A stretch of DNA of 64,000 nucleotides from an uncultured delta proteobacterium (GCA_963699755.1 CAVOVB010000007.1:288001-352000), one strand, 5' to 3'. Positions 37,347 through 53,407 are shown, numbered from the stretch's first letter. The notes: generated by a model not told the origin, from the sequence alone. Program-made: numbers and translations.

Positions 37347-38058
37347 TCGCGCCAAAGCGATGCAGCGCGTTTGCTTCGGCGCCGAGCCGAGTGAGGCGGA
37401 CCTCGAGCTCCTGGGGTCGCGTGAGCGTTGGCTGGTGTACCGAGATATGGTTCGCCACCGACTCATCCAGGTAGTCGGAGTTGCCCTCGCGCGGACCAGA
37501 GATGCGATGGGCGAGGAGGCGTTCGGATGCGCCGTCGATGAGTGGCTAAGCACGGGAGGCCCAAAGACGCGCTACCTGCGGCACGTGCCAATCGAGCTTG
37601 CAGACTTCGCGATTCCCATCTGGACGAGCAGCGACATCCCATGGCTGGCCGAGCTTGCCCATTTCGAGATCGCATGCTGGAAGGTTCGTCACGCGCCGCC
37701 CGAGCCAAAGCCGGACGCGGAGTTCGCGTTCGACCGAACACCGGTGCTCTGCACGGCAATTGAAGTCCTGCGCCTCAGCTATCCTGTGCATCTCGGGCCC
37801 ACCCCCGCGCAAGGATACGAGCCGAGTCCAACCCTCCTCTGCGTTTATCGCGACAATGACCACAAAGCGTCCACGCGGAAGCTCAACCACTTGGCCGCCG
37901 ACCTCCTCGAAGCCTGGCAAAGGGCCGAGGAAACCGTCGCCGACTCCGTCCAGCGCATCGCCGCAGAGCACCGCACTGAGCTCAGTCCAGCCTTCGTCGA
38001 AAAGCTCTCCGCCCTGATCGCCGACTTCATCGCAGTGGGACGCTGTTCGGCCCCCTAA
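37336..38058 (+). CDS. DUF2063-like MNIO partner protein
   Basis: Overlaps the DUF692 end; RWLVYR, WLAELAHFE, SYPVH, VYR motifs. Confidence 0.75.
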   Translation: MLADRAKAMQRVCFGAEPSEADLELLGSRERWLVYRDMVRHRLIQVVGVALARTRDAMGEEAFGCAVDEWLSTGGPKTRYLRHVPIELADFAIPIWTSSDIPWLAELAHFEIACWKVRHAPPEPKPDAEFAFDRTPVLCTAIEVLRLSYPVHLGPTPAQGYEPSPTLLCVYRDNDHKASTRKLNHLAADLLEAWQRAEETVADSVQRIAAEHRTELSPAFVEKLSALIADFIAVGRCSAP

Positions 38059-38092
38059 ACCCCCGAAATCAAAGGAAGTATGGGGGAATCTC

Positions 38093-39238
38093 TCAGTACC
38101 CCTCCACCTTGCTGATGATCTCGTTCATGATTTCGCGGGTGCCGCCGCCGATCGGGTAGAGGCGTGCGTCGCGGTAGAGTCGTTCGACGACGTATTCTCG
38201 CATGTAGCCGTATCCGCCATGGATTTGAACGGCTTGGTCGCAGACCTTGGAGCACATGTCGGTCGCGCTGTTCTTCGCCATCGCAGCGAGCGAAGGGGTT
38301 TGTTCTCCGTTCAGAAAGCGGGTGACGCATTCTCCGGTGAGCGCACGCGCGGCGGCGATCTCCGTGGCCATGTCGGCCAATTTGTGGCGAACGACCTGGA
38401 AGCCTGAAAGCGACCTGCCGAATGCGTGACGTTGCTTGGCGTACTCGACCGACTCTCGGTAGGCGAGCTCGGCGATGGCGACACACTGCCCCGCGAGCAT
38501 CAGGCGCTCGGTGACGAAGTTCGTCATGATCATCAGGAAGCCTCCTCCTTCCTGGCCGATGAGGTTCTCTGCTGGAACACGGCAATCTTCGAAGACAAGC
38601 TCGGCTGTGTCGCTTGCCCACCAGCCTGTCTTTTTGAGCTTGCTAGCCACAGTGAAGCCCGGCGCGTCCGTGTCGATGATCAGCATCGAGATACCGCCGT
38701 GGCCCTCGCCGCCGGTACGGACCGCCGTGGTGACGAAATCAGCCCGGGTGCCGGAGGTGATGAAGGTCTTGGCGCCGTTTACGATGTAATGGTCGCCATG
38801 GCGAACCGCCTTGGTTTGCACGGCAGCAACGTCGCTTCCACCACCGGGTTCAGTGATCGCGAGCGAGCAGATCAGGTCACCGCGAAGCGTCGGTCGAACG
38901 TAGCGCTCCTTCTGGGCACTCGTTCCGAACTTCACGATTGGCGGGAGGGCGATCCCGTGGCTTCCAAGGCCCACGCAGGTCCCGACCGACTTTCCCGCGG
39001 TCACCATCTCCTCGGCGGCCACCAGAACGTGGCTCAGATCGCCGCCGTCGCCACCGAGCGCTTCGGGATAGCCGGTCGCTAGGAAACCAGCCTCGGCGGA
39101 TCGTCGGTAGAGCTCGCGGGGGAACTCGTTGGCTTCCTCCCAAGCGTGCGCGTACGGCGCGATCGCGGTCGCCGCAAACCGCCGCACCTGCTCTCGTAGC
39201 GCGCGATGCTCGTCCGTCTCGAATAAATAGCTCTTCAT
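38093..39238 (-). CDS. Acyl-CoA dehydrogenase
   Basis: LAITEPGGGSD, NGAKTFITSG, QIHGGYGY, IGGGTREIM. Confidence 0.95.
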   Translation of the reverse strand: MKSYLFETDEHRALREQVRRFAATAIAPYAHAWEEANEFPRELYRRSAEAGFLATGYPEALGGDGGDLSHVLVAAEEMVTAGKSVGTCVGLGSHGIALPPIVKFGTSAQKERYVRPTLRGDLICSLAITEPGGGSDVAAVQTKAVRHGDHYIVNGAKTFITSGTRADFVTTAVRTGGEGHGGISMLIIDTDAPGFTVASKLKKTGWWASDTAELVFEDCRVPAENLIGQEGGGFLMIMTNFVTERLMLAGQCVAIAELAYRESVEYAKQRHAFGRSLSGFQVVRHKLADMATEIAAARALTGECVTRFLNGEQTPSLAAMAKNSATDMCSKVCDQAVQIHGGYGYMREYVVERLYRDARLYPIGGGTREIMNEIISKVEGY

Positions 39239-39327
39239 TGCCCTTCTCCGCTCGTCTGACTCTACACGGCCACGGCCTATCGAGTCAGACGAATTTCGGT
39301 TCGGGGAGTCGGAAGATCCGACCCTGG

Positions 39328-43518
<4,191 letters not shown>

Positions 43519-43521
43519 GAC

Positions 43522-46500
43522 TTACTCTTCCTCCGCAGCAAGGACGTCATCCGATCTACGCCCCAATTGACTCGTCTCGACCAACTCGACGTTCAGGCAA
43601 AGTGCCTGAAGCTCCTTCATGAGGACGTTGAAGCTCTCGGGCAGTCCCGCTTCGAGCTGGTAGTCCCCCTTGACAATCGATTCATACATTCGCGTGCGGC
43701 CCTGCACGTCGTCGGACTTGACGGTGAGGAACTCCTGAAGCGCGTATGCGGCGCCATAGGCTTCCATCGCCCAGACCTCCATCTCACCGAGCCTCTGCCC
43801 GCCGAACTGCGCCTTGCCACCCAGCGGCTGCTGCGTGACCAGCGAGTACGGACCGATGCTTCGTGCGTGGATCTTGTCGTCGACCAGATGGTGCAGCTTC
43901 AGCATGTACATGATACCGACGGTGACGTCCTCGTGGAACGCATCGCCGGTGCGCCCATCGAAGAGCACCGTCTGACCGTTGTCCTGCACTCCCGCGAGCC
44001 TGAGGAGAGCTTTGATCTCTTCCTCACTTGCACCGTCGAAAACCGGTGTCGCCAGTTGCAGGCCGTGCTTCCAGCTCTTGGCCATCTCGGCGACCTCGCC
44101 ATCCGGGAGCGCCTCGAGCATCTTCACGACGTCGCCCTCCCTGAAGATCGCCCGGATCCGCTCGCGAAGCTCCGAAGCGCTGGCCTTGGCCTCGATCATC
44201 TCCTGCAGCTGTGTGCCAAGCAGATAGCCTGCCCAGCCGAGATGAGTCTCGAGGATCTGGCCGACGTTCATACGGCTCGGAACGCCAAGCGGATTCAGAA
44301 CGATATCGACCGGCTTGCCGTTCGGAAGGTACGGCATGTCCTCTTCCGGAAGAATTCGGCTGACGACACCCTTGTTACCGTGGCGACCGGCCATCTTGTC
44401 GCCGACCTGGAGCTTGCGCTTGATGGCGACGTAGACCTTCACCATCTTGATGACACCCGGAGGAAGCTCGTCACCCTTGCCGAGCTTGTCGATCTTCTCC
44501 TGGAACAGCATCTTGACGGCATCGACTTGATCGTCGACCTGCTCGAGAATCGCGTCGGTCTTTTCTTTGCCCTTGTCGACCTCGATGTGCGCCCAGTACT
44601 TGTGCGGAATCGAATCGAGGGCCTCATTCGTGATCTTGGCACCCTTGGCGAGGAGCTCTGCCCCCTTGTCGCCAACCAGCTTCGCCGTCGCGGTGCTGCC
44701 CACGAAGTATTTGCGAACGCGATCATGGGCGGAGTCGAGAACGATCTTGATCTCGTCCGCCATGTCCTTTTCGAGCTTGGCTCGCTCGGTCTCCTCGATT
44801 TGAAGCGAGCGCTCGTCCTTCTCGGTACCCTTTCGCGCGAACACGCGAGCGTCGATCACGATGCCGGTCACCCCGGGCGGCACCTTAAGTGAGGTGTCGC
44901 GGACGTCGCCAGCCTTCTCACCGAATATGGCGCGAAGAAGCTTCTCTTCGGGCGAGAGCTGTGTCTCACCCTTCGGCGTGATCTTGCCGACCAAGATGTC
45001 GCCAGAGCTGACTTCGGCCCCGATTCGGACGATGCCGGACTCATCGAGGTCCTTGAGTGCCTCCTCACCGACGTTCGGAATGTCCCGGGTAATCTCTTCC
45101 TTGCCGAGCTTCGTGTCACGAGCGACGCACTCGAACTCCTCGATATGGACGGACGTGTAGACGTCGTCCTTGGCAATCCGCTCGGAAAGCAGGATCGAGT
45201 CCTCGAAGTTGTAGCCGCCCCAGGGCATGAAAGCGACGATGACGTTCTGGCCTAGCGCGAGCTCGCCACGATCGGTGCTCGGCCCGTCCGCAATGACATC
45301 ACCGGCCTTTACCCGGTCTCCAGGGCGAACGATCGGCGTTTGGTTGTACGCCGTGTTCTGATTGGAGCGTTGGAACTTGTTGAGGCGGTAAATGTCCGGG
45401 AACGCGCCTGCTAGCCCTTCGGCCTTGACGACGATACGCGTCGCGTCAACCGATTCGACCACGCCGTCCTGCTGCGCAACGACGCAAACGCCCGAGTCTC
45501 GCGCCACGCGCCCTTCGATACCGGTGCCGGCGATCGGAGCGTGAGTGCGGACGCAAGGCACGGCCTGCCGCTGCATGTTCGAGCCCATCAAGGCGCGGTT
45601 TGCGTCGTCATGCTCGAGGAACGGGATCAGGGAAGCGGCAACTGAAACCAGCTGGTTCGGTGACACGTCCATCAACTGAACGGTCTTGGGTGGCACCATC
45701 ACGAACTCCCCATTGAAGCGCGCGCTGATCAGCGTCCCCTCGAGCTTGCGGCTCAGGTGGTCGATCTTCGCGTTCGCTTGGGCGATATGGTGTCCCTCCT
45801 CTTCGAGGGCCGAGTACCAGCGGACGTGGTCGTCGAGGACGATTCCGTCTTCTACCTTTCGGTACGGAGTCTCGACGAAGCCAAACTCGTTGACACGAGC
45901 ATAGGTCGATAGGGATGCGATCAGACCGATGTTCGGACCTTCCGGCGTCTCGATCGGACAGATTCGACCGTAGTGCGTCGTGTGAACGTCGCGAACTTCG
46001 AAGCCCGCACGCTCGCGCGTCAAACCACCAGGCCCGAGCGCCGAGAGACGCCGCTTGTGGGTCACCTCGCTGAGCGGGTTGGTCTGGTCCATGAATTGCG
46101 AGAGCTGACTAGAACCGAAGTACTCCTTCACGACCGCGCTCACGGGCTTCGCGTTGATTAGATCGTGGGGCATGAGCGTCTCGATTTCTTGAGACATGTT
46201 CATGCGCTCTTTGATCGCGCGCTCCATCCGTACGAGGCCAATGCGGTACTGATTCTCCATCAGCTCGCCGACTGCACGAACGCGTCGATTGCCCAAATGA
46301 TCGATGTCGTCGATCGAGCCGCGGCCGTTCTTGAGCTCGATGAGGTTCTTGACCGTCTCGAGAATGTCGGTGTTGGTGAGGACCGTGTGATTGAGGTCGG
46401 GTCGCTCTTCCTCTGGGACCTCCCTGTAGAACTTGTAGTTGAGCTTGAGACGCCCGACCTGGCTCAGGTCGTAGCGCTCTGGATTGAAGAACAGGTTGGT

Positions 46501-47676
46501 GAAGAGATTCCGCGCGGTGTCGAGCGTAGGCGGATCGCCCGGACGCAGTCTCCGGTAGATCTCTAGGATGCCTTCGTCCTGCGACTGCACCTTGTCGACG
46601 AGCAGTGTGTCTCTCAAGTAGCTGCCGACGTTGAGACCGTCGATGAAGAGTACTTTGAACTCGTTGACCCCGGCGTCCCGGAGCGCGTCGATGCGACCCT
46701 CGGTCACCTCTTCGTTGACCGCCAGCAAGATCTCGCCTGTGTCCTCGTCGATGACGTCTTCGGCAGCAACCTTGCCAATCACCTCGGTGAAGTCGATCGG
46801 AAGGTAGTCGAGACCGGCGGACTTGAGCTTTCGAATCGCGGCGCGGGTGAACTTGCGGTTCTTCCGGACGAGCACGTCGTCGCCGACGGTGATGTCATGC
46901 GTGGCGCGCTGGCCGGGTAGAAGATCATACTCGATCGACTTCGCGTACTGATCCTTCGAGAGGATGTAGATCGTCTCGGTGTCATAGTAGTGGTTGAGAA
47001 GCTCCTGGGTGTTGTACCCGAGCGCCTTGAGCAGCACCGTGGCCGGCATCTTGCGGCGGCGGTCGATTCGGACGTAGAGCAAATCCTTCGGGTCGAACTC
47101 GAAATCGAGCCACGAGCCACGATAAGGGATGATGCGCGCCTGGTAGAGCAGCTTGCCGGACGAGTGCGTCTTGCCACGGTCGTGGTCGAAGAAGACGCCG
47201 GGGCTGCGGTGAAGCTGGCTGACGACGACGCGTTCGGTTCCGTTGATGATGAACGTACCGTTCACCGTCATGAGCGGGATCTCGCCGAAGTAGACTTCCT
47301 GCTCCTTGATATCTCGGACGGCTCGCTCCGTGCTGTCACCGCCGGCGTCGTAGATGATGAGCTGAATCGTCACCTTGATCGGCGCCGCATAGGTCATCCC
47401 ACGCTGACGACACTCGTCGACGTCGTATTTGGGTCGTTCGAGCGTGTACCCACTGAACACCAACTCGCTCGTTCCATTGAAGTCGCGAATCGGGAACACA
47501 CTGTTGAAAACCCCCTGGAGACCGGTGTTCTCCCGATCATCTCTGGGCACGTCTGTTTGAAGGAACTTGTCGTACGACCGCTTTTGAATGTCGATCAGAT
47601 TCGGGATCTCGAGGATGTGCTCGATCTTCCCGAAGGAGTGTCGCATTCGAAAGTTCGTCTGAATCGTCGCCGCCAT
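43522..47676 (-). CDS. rpoB: RNA polymerase beta subunit
   Basis: [37 protein letters not shown]. Confidence 0.99.
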   Translation of the reverse strand: MAATIQTNFRMRHSFGKIEHILEIPNLIDIQKRSYDKFLQTDVPRDDRENTGLQGVFNSVFPIRDFNGTSELVFSGYTLERPKYDVDECRQRGMTYAAPIKVTIQLIIYDAGGDSTERAVRDIKEQEVYFGEIPLMTVNGTFIINGTERVVVSQLHRSPGVFFDHDRGKTHSSGKLLYQARIIPYRGSWLDFEFDPKDLLYVRIDRRRKMPATVLLKALGYNTQELLNHYYDTETIYILSKDQYAKSIEYDLLPGQRATHDITVGDDVLVRKNRKFTRAAIRKLKSAGLDYLPIDFTEVIGKVAAEDVIDEDTGEILLAVNEEVTEGRIDALRDAGVNEFKVLFIDGLNVGSYLRDTLLVDKVQSQDEGILEIYRRLRPGDPPTLDTARNLFTNLFFNPERYDLSQVGRLKLNYKFYREVPEEERPDLNHTVLTNTDILETVKNLIELKNGRGSIDDIDHLGNRRVRAVGELMENQYRIGLVRMERAIKERMNMSQEIETLMPHDLINAKPVSAVVKEYFGSSQLSQFMDQTNPLSEVTHKRRLSALGPGGLTRERAGFEVRDVHTTHYGRICPIETPEGPNIGLIASLSTYARVNEFGFVETPYRKVEDGIVLDDHVRWYSALEEEGHHIAQANAKIDHLSRKLEGTLISARFNGEFVMVPPKTVQLMDVSPNQLVSVAASLIPFLEHDDANRALMGSNMQRQAVPCVRTHAPIAGTGIEGRVARDSGVCVVAQQDGVVESVDATRIVVKAEGLAGAFPDIYRLNKFQRSNQNTAYNQTPIVRPGDRVKAGDVIADGPSTDRGELALGQNVIVAFMPWGGYNFEDSILLSERIAKDDVYTSVHIEEFECVARDTKLGKEEITRDIPNVGEEALKDLDESGIVRIGAEVSSGDILVGKITPKGETQLSPEEKLLRAIFGEKAGDVRDTSLKVPPGVTGIVIDARVFARKGTEKDERSLQIEETERAKLEKDMADEIKIVLDSAHDRVRKYFVGSTATAKLVGDKGAELLAKGAKITNEALDSIPHKYWAHIEVDKGKEKTDAILEQVDDQVDAVKMLFQEKIDKLGKGDELPPGVIKMVKVYVAIKRKLQVGDKMAGRHGNKGVVSRILPEEDMPYLPNGKPVDIVLNPLGVPSRMNVGQILETHLGWAGYLLGTQLQEMIEAKASASELRERIRAIFREGDVVKMLEALPDGEVAEMAKSWKHGLQLATPVFDGASEEEIKALLRLAGVQDNGQTVLFDGRTGDAFHEDVTVGIMYMLKLHHLVDDKIHARSIGPYSLVTQQPLGGKAQFGGQRLGEMEVWAMEAYGAAYALQEFLTVKSDDVQGRTRMYESIVKGDYQLEAGLPESFNVLMKELQALCLNVELVETSQLGRRSDDVLAAEEE

Positions 47677-47825
47677 GAGAGAGACTCCTACCGAACCACT
47701 GCTACTGGAACCCTAAAGCCAAGAATTAAGAGACAAGTGCACGACAAGGAGACCCTTTGGCCTCCCGCCGTGTTGCGGAAAGTCGTAAATACTGCGCTGC
47801 GCGAACCGGTGCTGCCCCGGCCGAG

Positions 47826-47853
47826 AACCTAACCCGGCCGGACCATGTGTCAA
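47826..47853 (-). promoter_or_regulatory. Sigma70-type promoter for rpoBC
   Basis: TTGACA-N16-TAGGTT in the rplL-rpoB spacer. Confidence 0.6.
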
Positions 47854-47890
47854 GTCGCGACACAGGGCTCCGAGAGATAACCCCATAGGG

Positions 47891-48274
47891 TTATTTGACG
47901 GTGACCTTCGCGCCAGCTTCTTCGAGCTTCTTCTTGATTTCTTCGGCCTCTTCCTTGGAAACGGCCTCTTTGACGACTTTGGGAGCTGCTTCCACCAAGG
48001 CTTTGGCGTCCGCCAAGCCGAGCTGGGTGATCTCGCGGATGGCCTTGATCACGTTGATCTTCTTGGCACCCGCTTCGGTCAGCTCGACGTCGAACTCCGT
48101 CTGCTCTTCGGCTGGCTCTGCAGCTCCGCCGCCCGCGGGTCCTGCTACGGCTACCGCTGCCGGTGCTGCCGAAACGCCCCACTTCGCCTCGAGCTCTTTG
48201 ACTAGGTTCGCAACTTCCATGACGGTCCAGGAGCTGAGCTCTTCGACCATCTGTTCCACGTTCATATTTGGCAT
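47891..48274 (-). CDS. rplL: 50S ribosomal protein L7/L12
   Basis: [26 protein letters not shown]. Confidence 0.98.
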   Translation of the reverse strand: MPNMNVEQMVEELSSWTVMEVANLVKELEAKWGVSAAPAAVAVAGPAGGGAAEPAEEQTEFDVELTEAGAKKINVIKAIREITQLGLADAKALVEAAPKVVKEAVSKEEAEEIKKKLEEAGAKVTVK

Positions 48275-48325
48275 TCTTGACTCTCCGCTAACCGTGCGTG
48301 CGACACGGCAGAAGTTGTTGTTGGA

Positions 48326-48895
48326 TTACTCGCCTGCCTCTTTGCGCCGGTACGCATCGAGAATGAGAGCGAGGTTTTGGCCCGGTGCATTGATCTGGGC
48401 GACCAGGTTCTGCATGGGCGCCATGAGCTGCGCGAGCAGCGAAGCGCGAATTTCGTCCTTGCCTGGAAGCGTTGCAAGCTCTTGCTCGACTCGCTTCGCG
48501 TCCAGTACGTGACCTTCGAGCACGGCACACTTGACAAGAAGCTTTTGAGTTCCGTCCTTTGGTTGAAGGACGTCGGTGTGCTCCTTGCGGAAGCTCTTGA
48601 TCACCTTCGCGGCAGCCGAAGGGTCTTCGAAGCTCCAAGCGATCGCCGTCGGGCCAGCGAGATGGGCGGTGAATTCTTCGTTGTCGACAAGCTCGGAACC
48701 TTCGAGCGCTTTGCGGACGACGTTGTTCTTGACGACCTTGTACTCGACGCCAGCGGCGCGGAAGCGCGCGCGGAGGTCGGTGATCAGCTCCACGTTGACG
48801 CCACGAAAGTCGACGAGCACTGTTGCGCTCGCACTATTGAAGCTTTCGCGGACCGACGCGGCCTGAGCTGCTTTGTCTTGTCGTGTAAGGCTCAT
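48326..48895 (-). CDS. rplJ: 50S ribosomal protein L10
   Basis: DFRG, YKVVKN, GPTAIA, LATLP; position between rplA and rplL. Confidence 0.95.
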   Translation of the reverse strand: MSLTRQDKAAQAASVRESFNSASATVLVDFRGVNVELITDLRARFRAAGVEYKVVKNNVVRKALEGSELVDNEEFTAHLAGPTAIAWSFEDPSAAAKVIKSFRKEHTDVLQPKDGTQKLLVKCAVLEGHVLDAKRVEQELATLPGKDEIRASLLAQLMAPMQNLVAQINAPGQNLALILDAYRRKEAGE

Positions 48896-48897
48896 GA

Positions 48898-49596
48898 CTA
48901 CGCCTCCACCTCTATGGTGCCAGGGTCAACCTTGATTCCAGGGCCCATCGTGGAGCTCAGGGTGATGCTACGAAGATAGGTGCCCTTCGCGGCAGCCGGC
49001 TTGGCCTTCACGAGCGCGCCGACCAGCGACCTCACGTTGCCCGCGAGCTCCGTGTCTCCAAAGGATTTCTTGCCCACCTGTGCATGGACGATGCCCGCTT
49101 TTTCGGCGCGGAACTCGACCTTACCCGCCTTCGCCTCGCGAACGGCCTTGCTCACGTCGAAGGTGACGGTGCCTACCTTTGGGTTCGGCATCAGGCCGCG
49201 AGGACCGAGAACGCGACCCAAGCGGCCAACCTGCCCCATCATGTCGGGCGTCGCGATGACGGTGTCGAACTCCAGCCAACCCTCGGCGATCTTGGCGACC
49301 AAATCATCGCCGCCGACGAAATCGGCGCCTGCCTGCTCTGCCTCGCTCACCTTCTCGCCCTTGGCAAAAACGAGAACGCGGTTGGTCTTGCCCGTGCCAT
49401 GGGGCAGGACGACGGCGCCGCGAACCATCTGGTCCGCGTGCTTGGGATCCACGCCGAGTCGCACCGCAACGTCGACCGACTCATCGAAGTTGGCGAATGC
49501 CAATTCCTTGACGAGCGATACTGCTTCGATGAGTGCGTAGCGGCGGCTCTTGTCGGGGTTCTTAAGGGCACCCGCGCGCTTTTTTCCGGGTTTCAT
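48898..49596 (-). CDS. rplA: 50S ribosomal protein L1
   Basis: [28 protein letters not shown]; start ATG 49596 after AAGGAG. Confidence 0.98.
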   Translation of the reverse strand: MKPGKKRAGALKNPDKSRRYALIEAVSLVKELAFANFDESVDVAVRLGVDPKHADQMVRGAVVLPHGTGKTNRVLVFAKGEKVSEAEQAGADFVGGDDLVAKIAEGWLEFDTVIATPDMMGQVGRLGRVLGPRGLMPNPKVGTVTFDVSKAVREAKAGKVEFRAEKAGIVHAQVGKKSFGDTELAGNVRSLVGALVKAKPAAAKGTYLRSITLSSTMGPGIKVDPGTIEVEA

Positions 49597-49597
49597 T

Positions 49598-49632
49598 GTG
49601 ACTCCTTGCGGCGACTCGAGGCCGCCTACCAC
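49598..49632 (-). promoter_or_regulatory. Putative L1-binding translational operator between rplK and rplA
   Basis: GUGGUAG-GCGGC-cucga-GUCGC-CGCAAGGA-GUCAC: two helices with an asymmetric internal loop containing the rplA SD. Confidence 0.5.
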
Positions 49633-49682
49633 CAACGGGGTCCCTGGGTGGTTCAGGGGAGCGAACTGAATCGCCAACAGAG

Positions 49683-50105
49683 CTAATCGACTAACTCGAC
49701 CCCCATAGACCGCGCGGTGCCGATGATGCTTTGCATGCATGTCTCGAGCGAGCCGGCGTTGGTATCTTGAAGCTTGACCTGAGCGATTTCCTTCACCTGG
49801 TCCAAAGTGATCTTGCCGACCTTGTCCTTGTTCGGGCGTGCAGAGCCCGACTCCAGATTCAAAGCCTTCTTGATCAAGACAGCCGCAGGCGGCGTCTTCA
49901 TGATGAAGCTGAAGGAGCGATCCTGGTAAACGGAGATCACCACTGGGATGATCAGACCCGCATCCTTCTGGGTCTTTGCGTTGAACTCCTTGCAGAACGC
50001 CATGATGTTGACGCCGTGCTGACCGAGCGCAGGCCCGACCGGTGGAGAAGGGTTGGCCTTCCCTGCAGGAAGCTGAAGTTTGATTTGTCCGATGACCTTT
50101 TTCAT
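49683..50105 (-). CDS. rplK: 50S ribosomal protein L11
   Basis: [33 protein letters not shown]. Confidence 0.98.
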   Translation of the reverse strand: MKKVIGQIKLQLPAGKANPSPPVGPALGQHGVNIMAFCKEFNAKTQKDAGLIIPVVISVYQDRSFSFIMKTPPAAVLIKKALNLESGSARPNKDKVGKITLDQVKEIAQVKLQDTNAGSLETCMQSIIGTARSMGVELVD

Positions 50106-50375
50106 GGGGACGGGGTTCTCCGGAGCGGCGAGTCATGCCTCAGGGCACGAATAATGCAAGCCGATTTCTCTGACATCTCGATCAGTTGCGGAATTTCGGA
50201 TCCTGAGGGCGTCCAACCGGATCAGCTGGTGAGCCACCCGAGAGGGATGAGGGAGGAATACTGCAAGTATTTCGATGCGATAGACCGAGGAGATAGGCTT
50301 CCAGATGCGCTCTCTGAGCTTGACGGGGCTGGGCCCGGGCGGCTCGTCCCGCCTCACCATACCGCACACTATCGC

Positions 50376-50900
50376 CTAGTTCGTCTTCTCGACCTGGACG
50401 TAGTCCAGCTCGACCGGCGTGGCGCGACCGAAAATCGACACCAGAACGCGAACCTTGTGCTTCTCGTGGTTCACTTCTTCGATCGAGCCGGTGAAGTTGG
50501 CGAACGCACCGCCGGTGACGCGGACGTGGTCGCCCTTTTCGAACTCGACGCGGGGCTTCGGCTTGGCCGCGCCGTCCTCGACCTGCTGCTCGATCGCGGC
50601 AATCTCGCGCTCGGGAACTGGCGATGGATGCCGTCCGCCGACGAAGCCATTGACCTTGGGCGTATCCTTGATGAGGTGCCAGGTCTCATCATCGAGGTCC
50701 ATCTGGACGAAGATGTAACCAGGATAGAAGGTGCGCGAGCTCAGCCGCGGCTTTCCGCCACGGCTCTCCTGCACGTTCTCCTTCGGGATGAGAATGTTCC
50801 CGAAGCGCGCCTCCATGCCCGCCTGTTTGATTCGCTCTTCCAGCGAGAGCTTCACTTTGTTTTCGTAGCCCGAATAGGCCTGAACCACATACCACTTCAT
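50376..50900 (-). CDS. nusG: Transcription antitermination factor NusG
   Basis: MKWYVVQAYSGYE, FYPGY, KOW domain, IFGRATPVEL; start ATG 50900. Confidence 0.97.
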   Translation of the reverse strand: MKWYVVQAYSGYENKVKLSLEERIKQAGMEARFGNILIPKENVQESRGGKPRLSSRTFYPGYIFVQMDLDDETWHLIKDTPKVNGFVGGRHPSPVPEREIAAIEQQVEDGAAKPKPRVEFEKGDHVRVTGGAFANFTGSIEEVNHEKHKVRVLVSIFGRATPVELDYVQVEKTN

Positions 50901-50905
50901 GGGAC

Positions 50906-51331
50906 TCACACGTTGTAAATGAGGTCTGTGATGTGGGACCAAACCGCGTCGTACACGCCGAGAATGATTGCCGCAATCACGGACACGATGATGACGACGA
51001 TCGTCTGCGACCAGGTTTCCTTGCGCGTCGGCCAGCTCACCTTGGAAAGCTCGACGCACACTTCGACGACGAAAGTATGCACCTTCTTCGAACGATACGC
51101 GATGACCGCCGAGATGAATGCGATCAGGCCAGAGCCGACCGCGATCATCGTTGCGTTTGGCTCAGGGATCGCATCGACACTGTCGGCCAGGATCGTCCAG
51201 AGTGCCGTGCTGCTCTTGATCAGTATCCAGGCGAGCGCGATGGCACAGGCAGCGTAGGCAAACTGCACCCAGCGCTCTACCCCGAGCGTTCCGGTCGGCC
51301 TCGCTTTGTCTTGTTCTTTTGTGATCGCCAT
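50906..51331 (-). CDS. secE: Preprotein translocase subunit SecE (3-TM type)
   Basis: ELSKVSWPTRKET; position between tRNA-Trp and nusG. Confidence 0.93.
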   Translation of the reverse strand: MAITKEQDKARPTGTLGVERWVQFAYAACAIALAWILIKSSTALWTILADSVDAIPEPNATMIAVGSGLIAFISAVIAYRSKKVHTFVVEVCVELSKVSWPTRKETWSQTIVVIIVSVIAAIILGVYDAVWSHITDLIYNV

Positions 51332-51346
51332 CGTTGTTCCTCGCGG

Positions 51347-51420
51347 CAGGCCAGGAGGGATTCGAACCCACAACCCGCGGATTTGGAATCCGCTGCTCTA
51401 CCAATTGGAGCTACTGGCCT
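51347..51420 (-). tRNA. tRNA-Trp(CCA)
   Basis: AGGCCAG...GCGGA-TTCCAAA-TCCGC...GTTCGAATC...CTGGCCTG; 3' CCA not encoded. Confidence 0.95.
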
Positions 51421-51573
51421 AGGAGATAGGTGGGGGTGGTGGGGCGGGACAAACCAACGGGCCGAAGGCCCATCCGGGATCAGTTGGAAACCAAGGCTAT
51501 GGTAACCACCCAATGGCGATAACGCCCACCGCCCATCCTCTCTCGGGCCACCGCCCGTTTGTCTCGATTCTAG

Positions 51574-51735
51574 CTACTTCGTTTCCTTGTGTTCCGTTCG
51601 CCGGTTGCATTTGGGACAGAACTTTCTGAGCGTCAGTCTCTCCTGCTGCCCGGCCTCTCTCAACTTCGTCGTCTGGTAGTTGCGCGTCCCGCACTCATTG
51701 CACGCGAGCGCAACCTTAACTCGCCTTTCACTCAA
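51574..51735 (-). CDS. rpmG: 50S ribosomal protein L33, zinc-ribbon (C+) type
   Basis: Manual translation from TTG: MSERRVKVALACNECGTRNYQTTKLREAGQQERLTLRKFCPKCNRRTEHKETK; below the ORF-track length cutoff. Confidence 0.92.
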   Translation of the reverse strand: MSERRVKVALACNECGTRNYQTTKLREAGQQERLTLRKFCPKCNRRTEHKETK

Positions 51736-51774
51736 TGTCTTGCGGGGATCCCCATCGGCTTCACGTCCACCCTG

Positions 51775-52965
<1,191 letters not shown>

Positions 52966-53023
52966 CGTTGGTTCCCTACTTCGTCGTTCTTCTCGGTGCG
53001 GTTGCCTGGACCCTCAAAACCGT

Positions 53024-53098
53024 TGGAGCCCAGGATGAGACTTGAACTCACGACCTCCCCCTTACCAAGGGGGTGCTCTACCACTGAGCTACCTGGGC
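53024..53098 (-). tRNA. tRNA-Thr(GGT)
   Basis: GCCCAGG...CTTGGTAAG...GTTCAAGTC...CCTGGGCT-CCA. Confidence 0.95.
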
Positions 53099-53115
53099 AT
53101 AGTCTGATTTGCGGG

Positions 53116-53188
53116 AGCGGGCGACCGGGCTCGAACCGGCGACATTCAGTTTGGAAAACTGAGGCTCTACCAACTGAGCTACACCCGC
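53116..53188 (-). tRNA. tRNA-Gly(TCC)
   Basis: GCGGGTG...TCAGT-TTTCCAA-ACTGA...GTTCGAGC...CGCCCGCT. Confidence 0.95.
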
Positions 53189-53212
53189 GTAATCTGTTCG
53201 TTCTTCTCCTAG

Positions 53213-53295
53213 TGGAGGGTGGTGGGTTCGAACCACCGTAGGCATAAGCCGGCAGATTTACAGTCTGCTCCCTTTGACCGCTCGGGCAACCCTCC
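53213..53295 (-). tRNA. tRNA-Tyr(GTA)
   Basis: GGAGGGT...GCAGA-CTGTAAA-TCTGC, long variable arm, GTTCGAAC. Confidence 0.95.
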
Positions 53296-53319
53296 ATTGT
53301 CATTCATCTTTTCGTGTAG

Positions 53320-53392
53320 AGCTGGCGATGAGACTTGAACTCATAACCGCCGGTTTACAAAACCGGTGCTCTACCAATTGAGCTACGCCAGC
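53320..53392 (-). tRNA. tRNA-Thr(TGT)
   Basis: GCTGGCG...CCGGT-TTTGTAA-ACCGG...GTTCAAGTC...CGCCAGCT. Confidence 0.95.
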
Positions 53393-53407
53393 AAGACGGC
53401 GGCGGCT

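Noticed and set aside
49597..50136. Apparent extended or fused rplK-rplA ORF (412 aa)
   Set aside because: The upstream part is a different frame over rplK; rplA has its own SD and ATG at 49596
51429..51448. G-rich run as a possible G-quadruplex before tRNA-Trp
   Set aside because: Irregular G-tracts in a GC-rich genome; cannot be distinguished from chance
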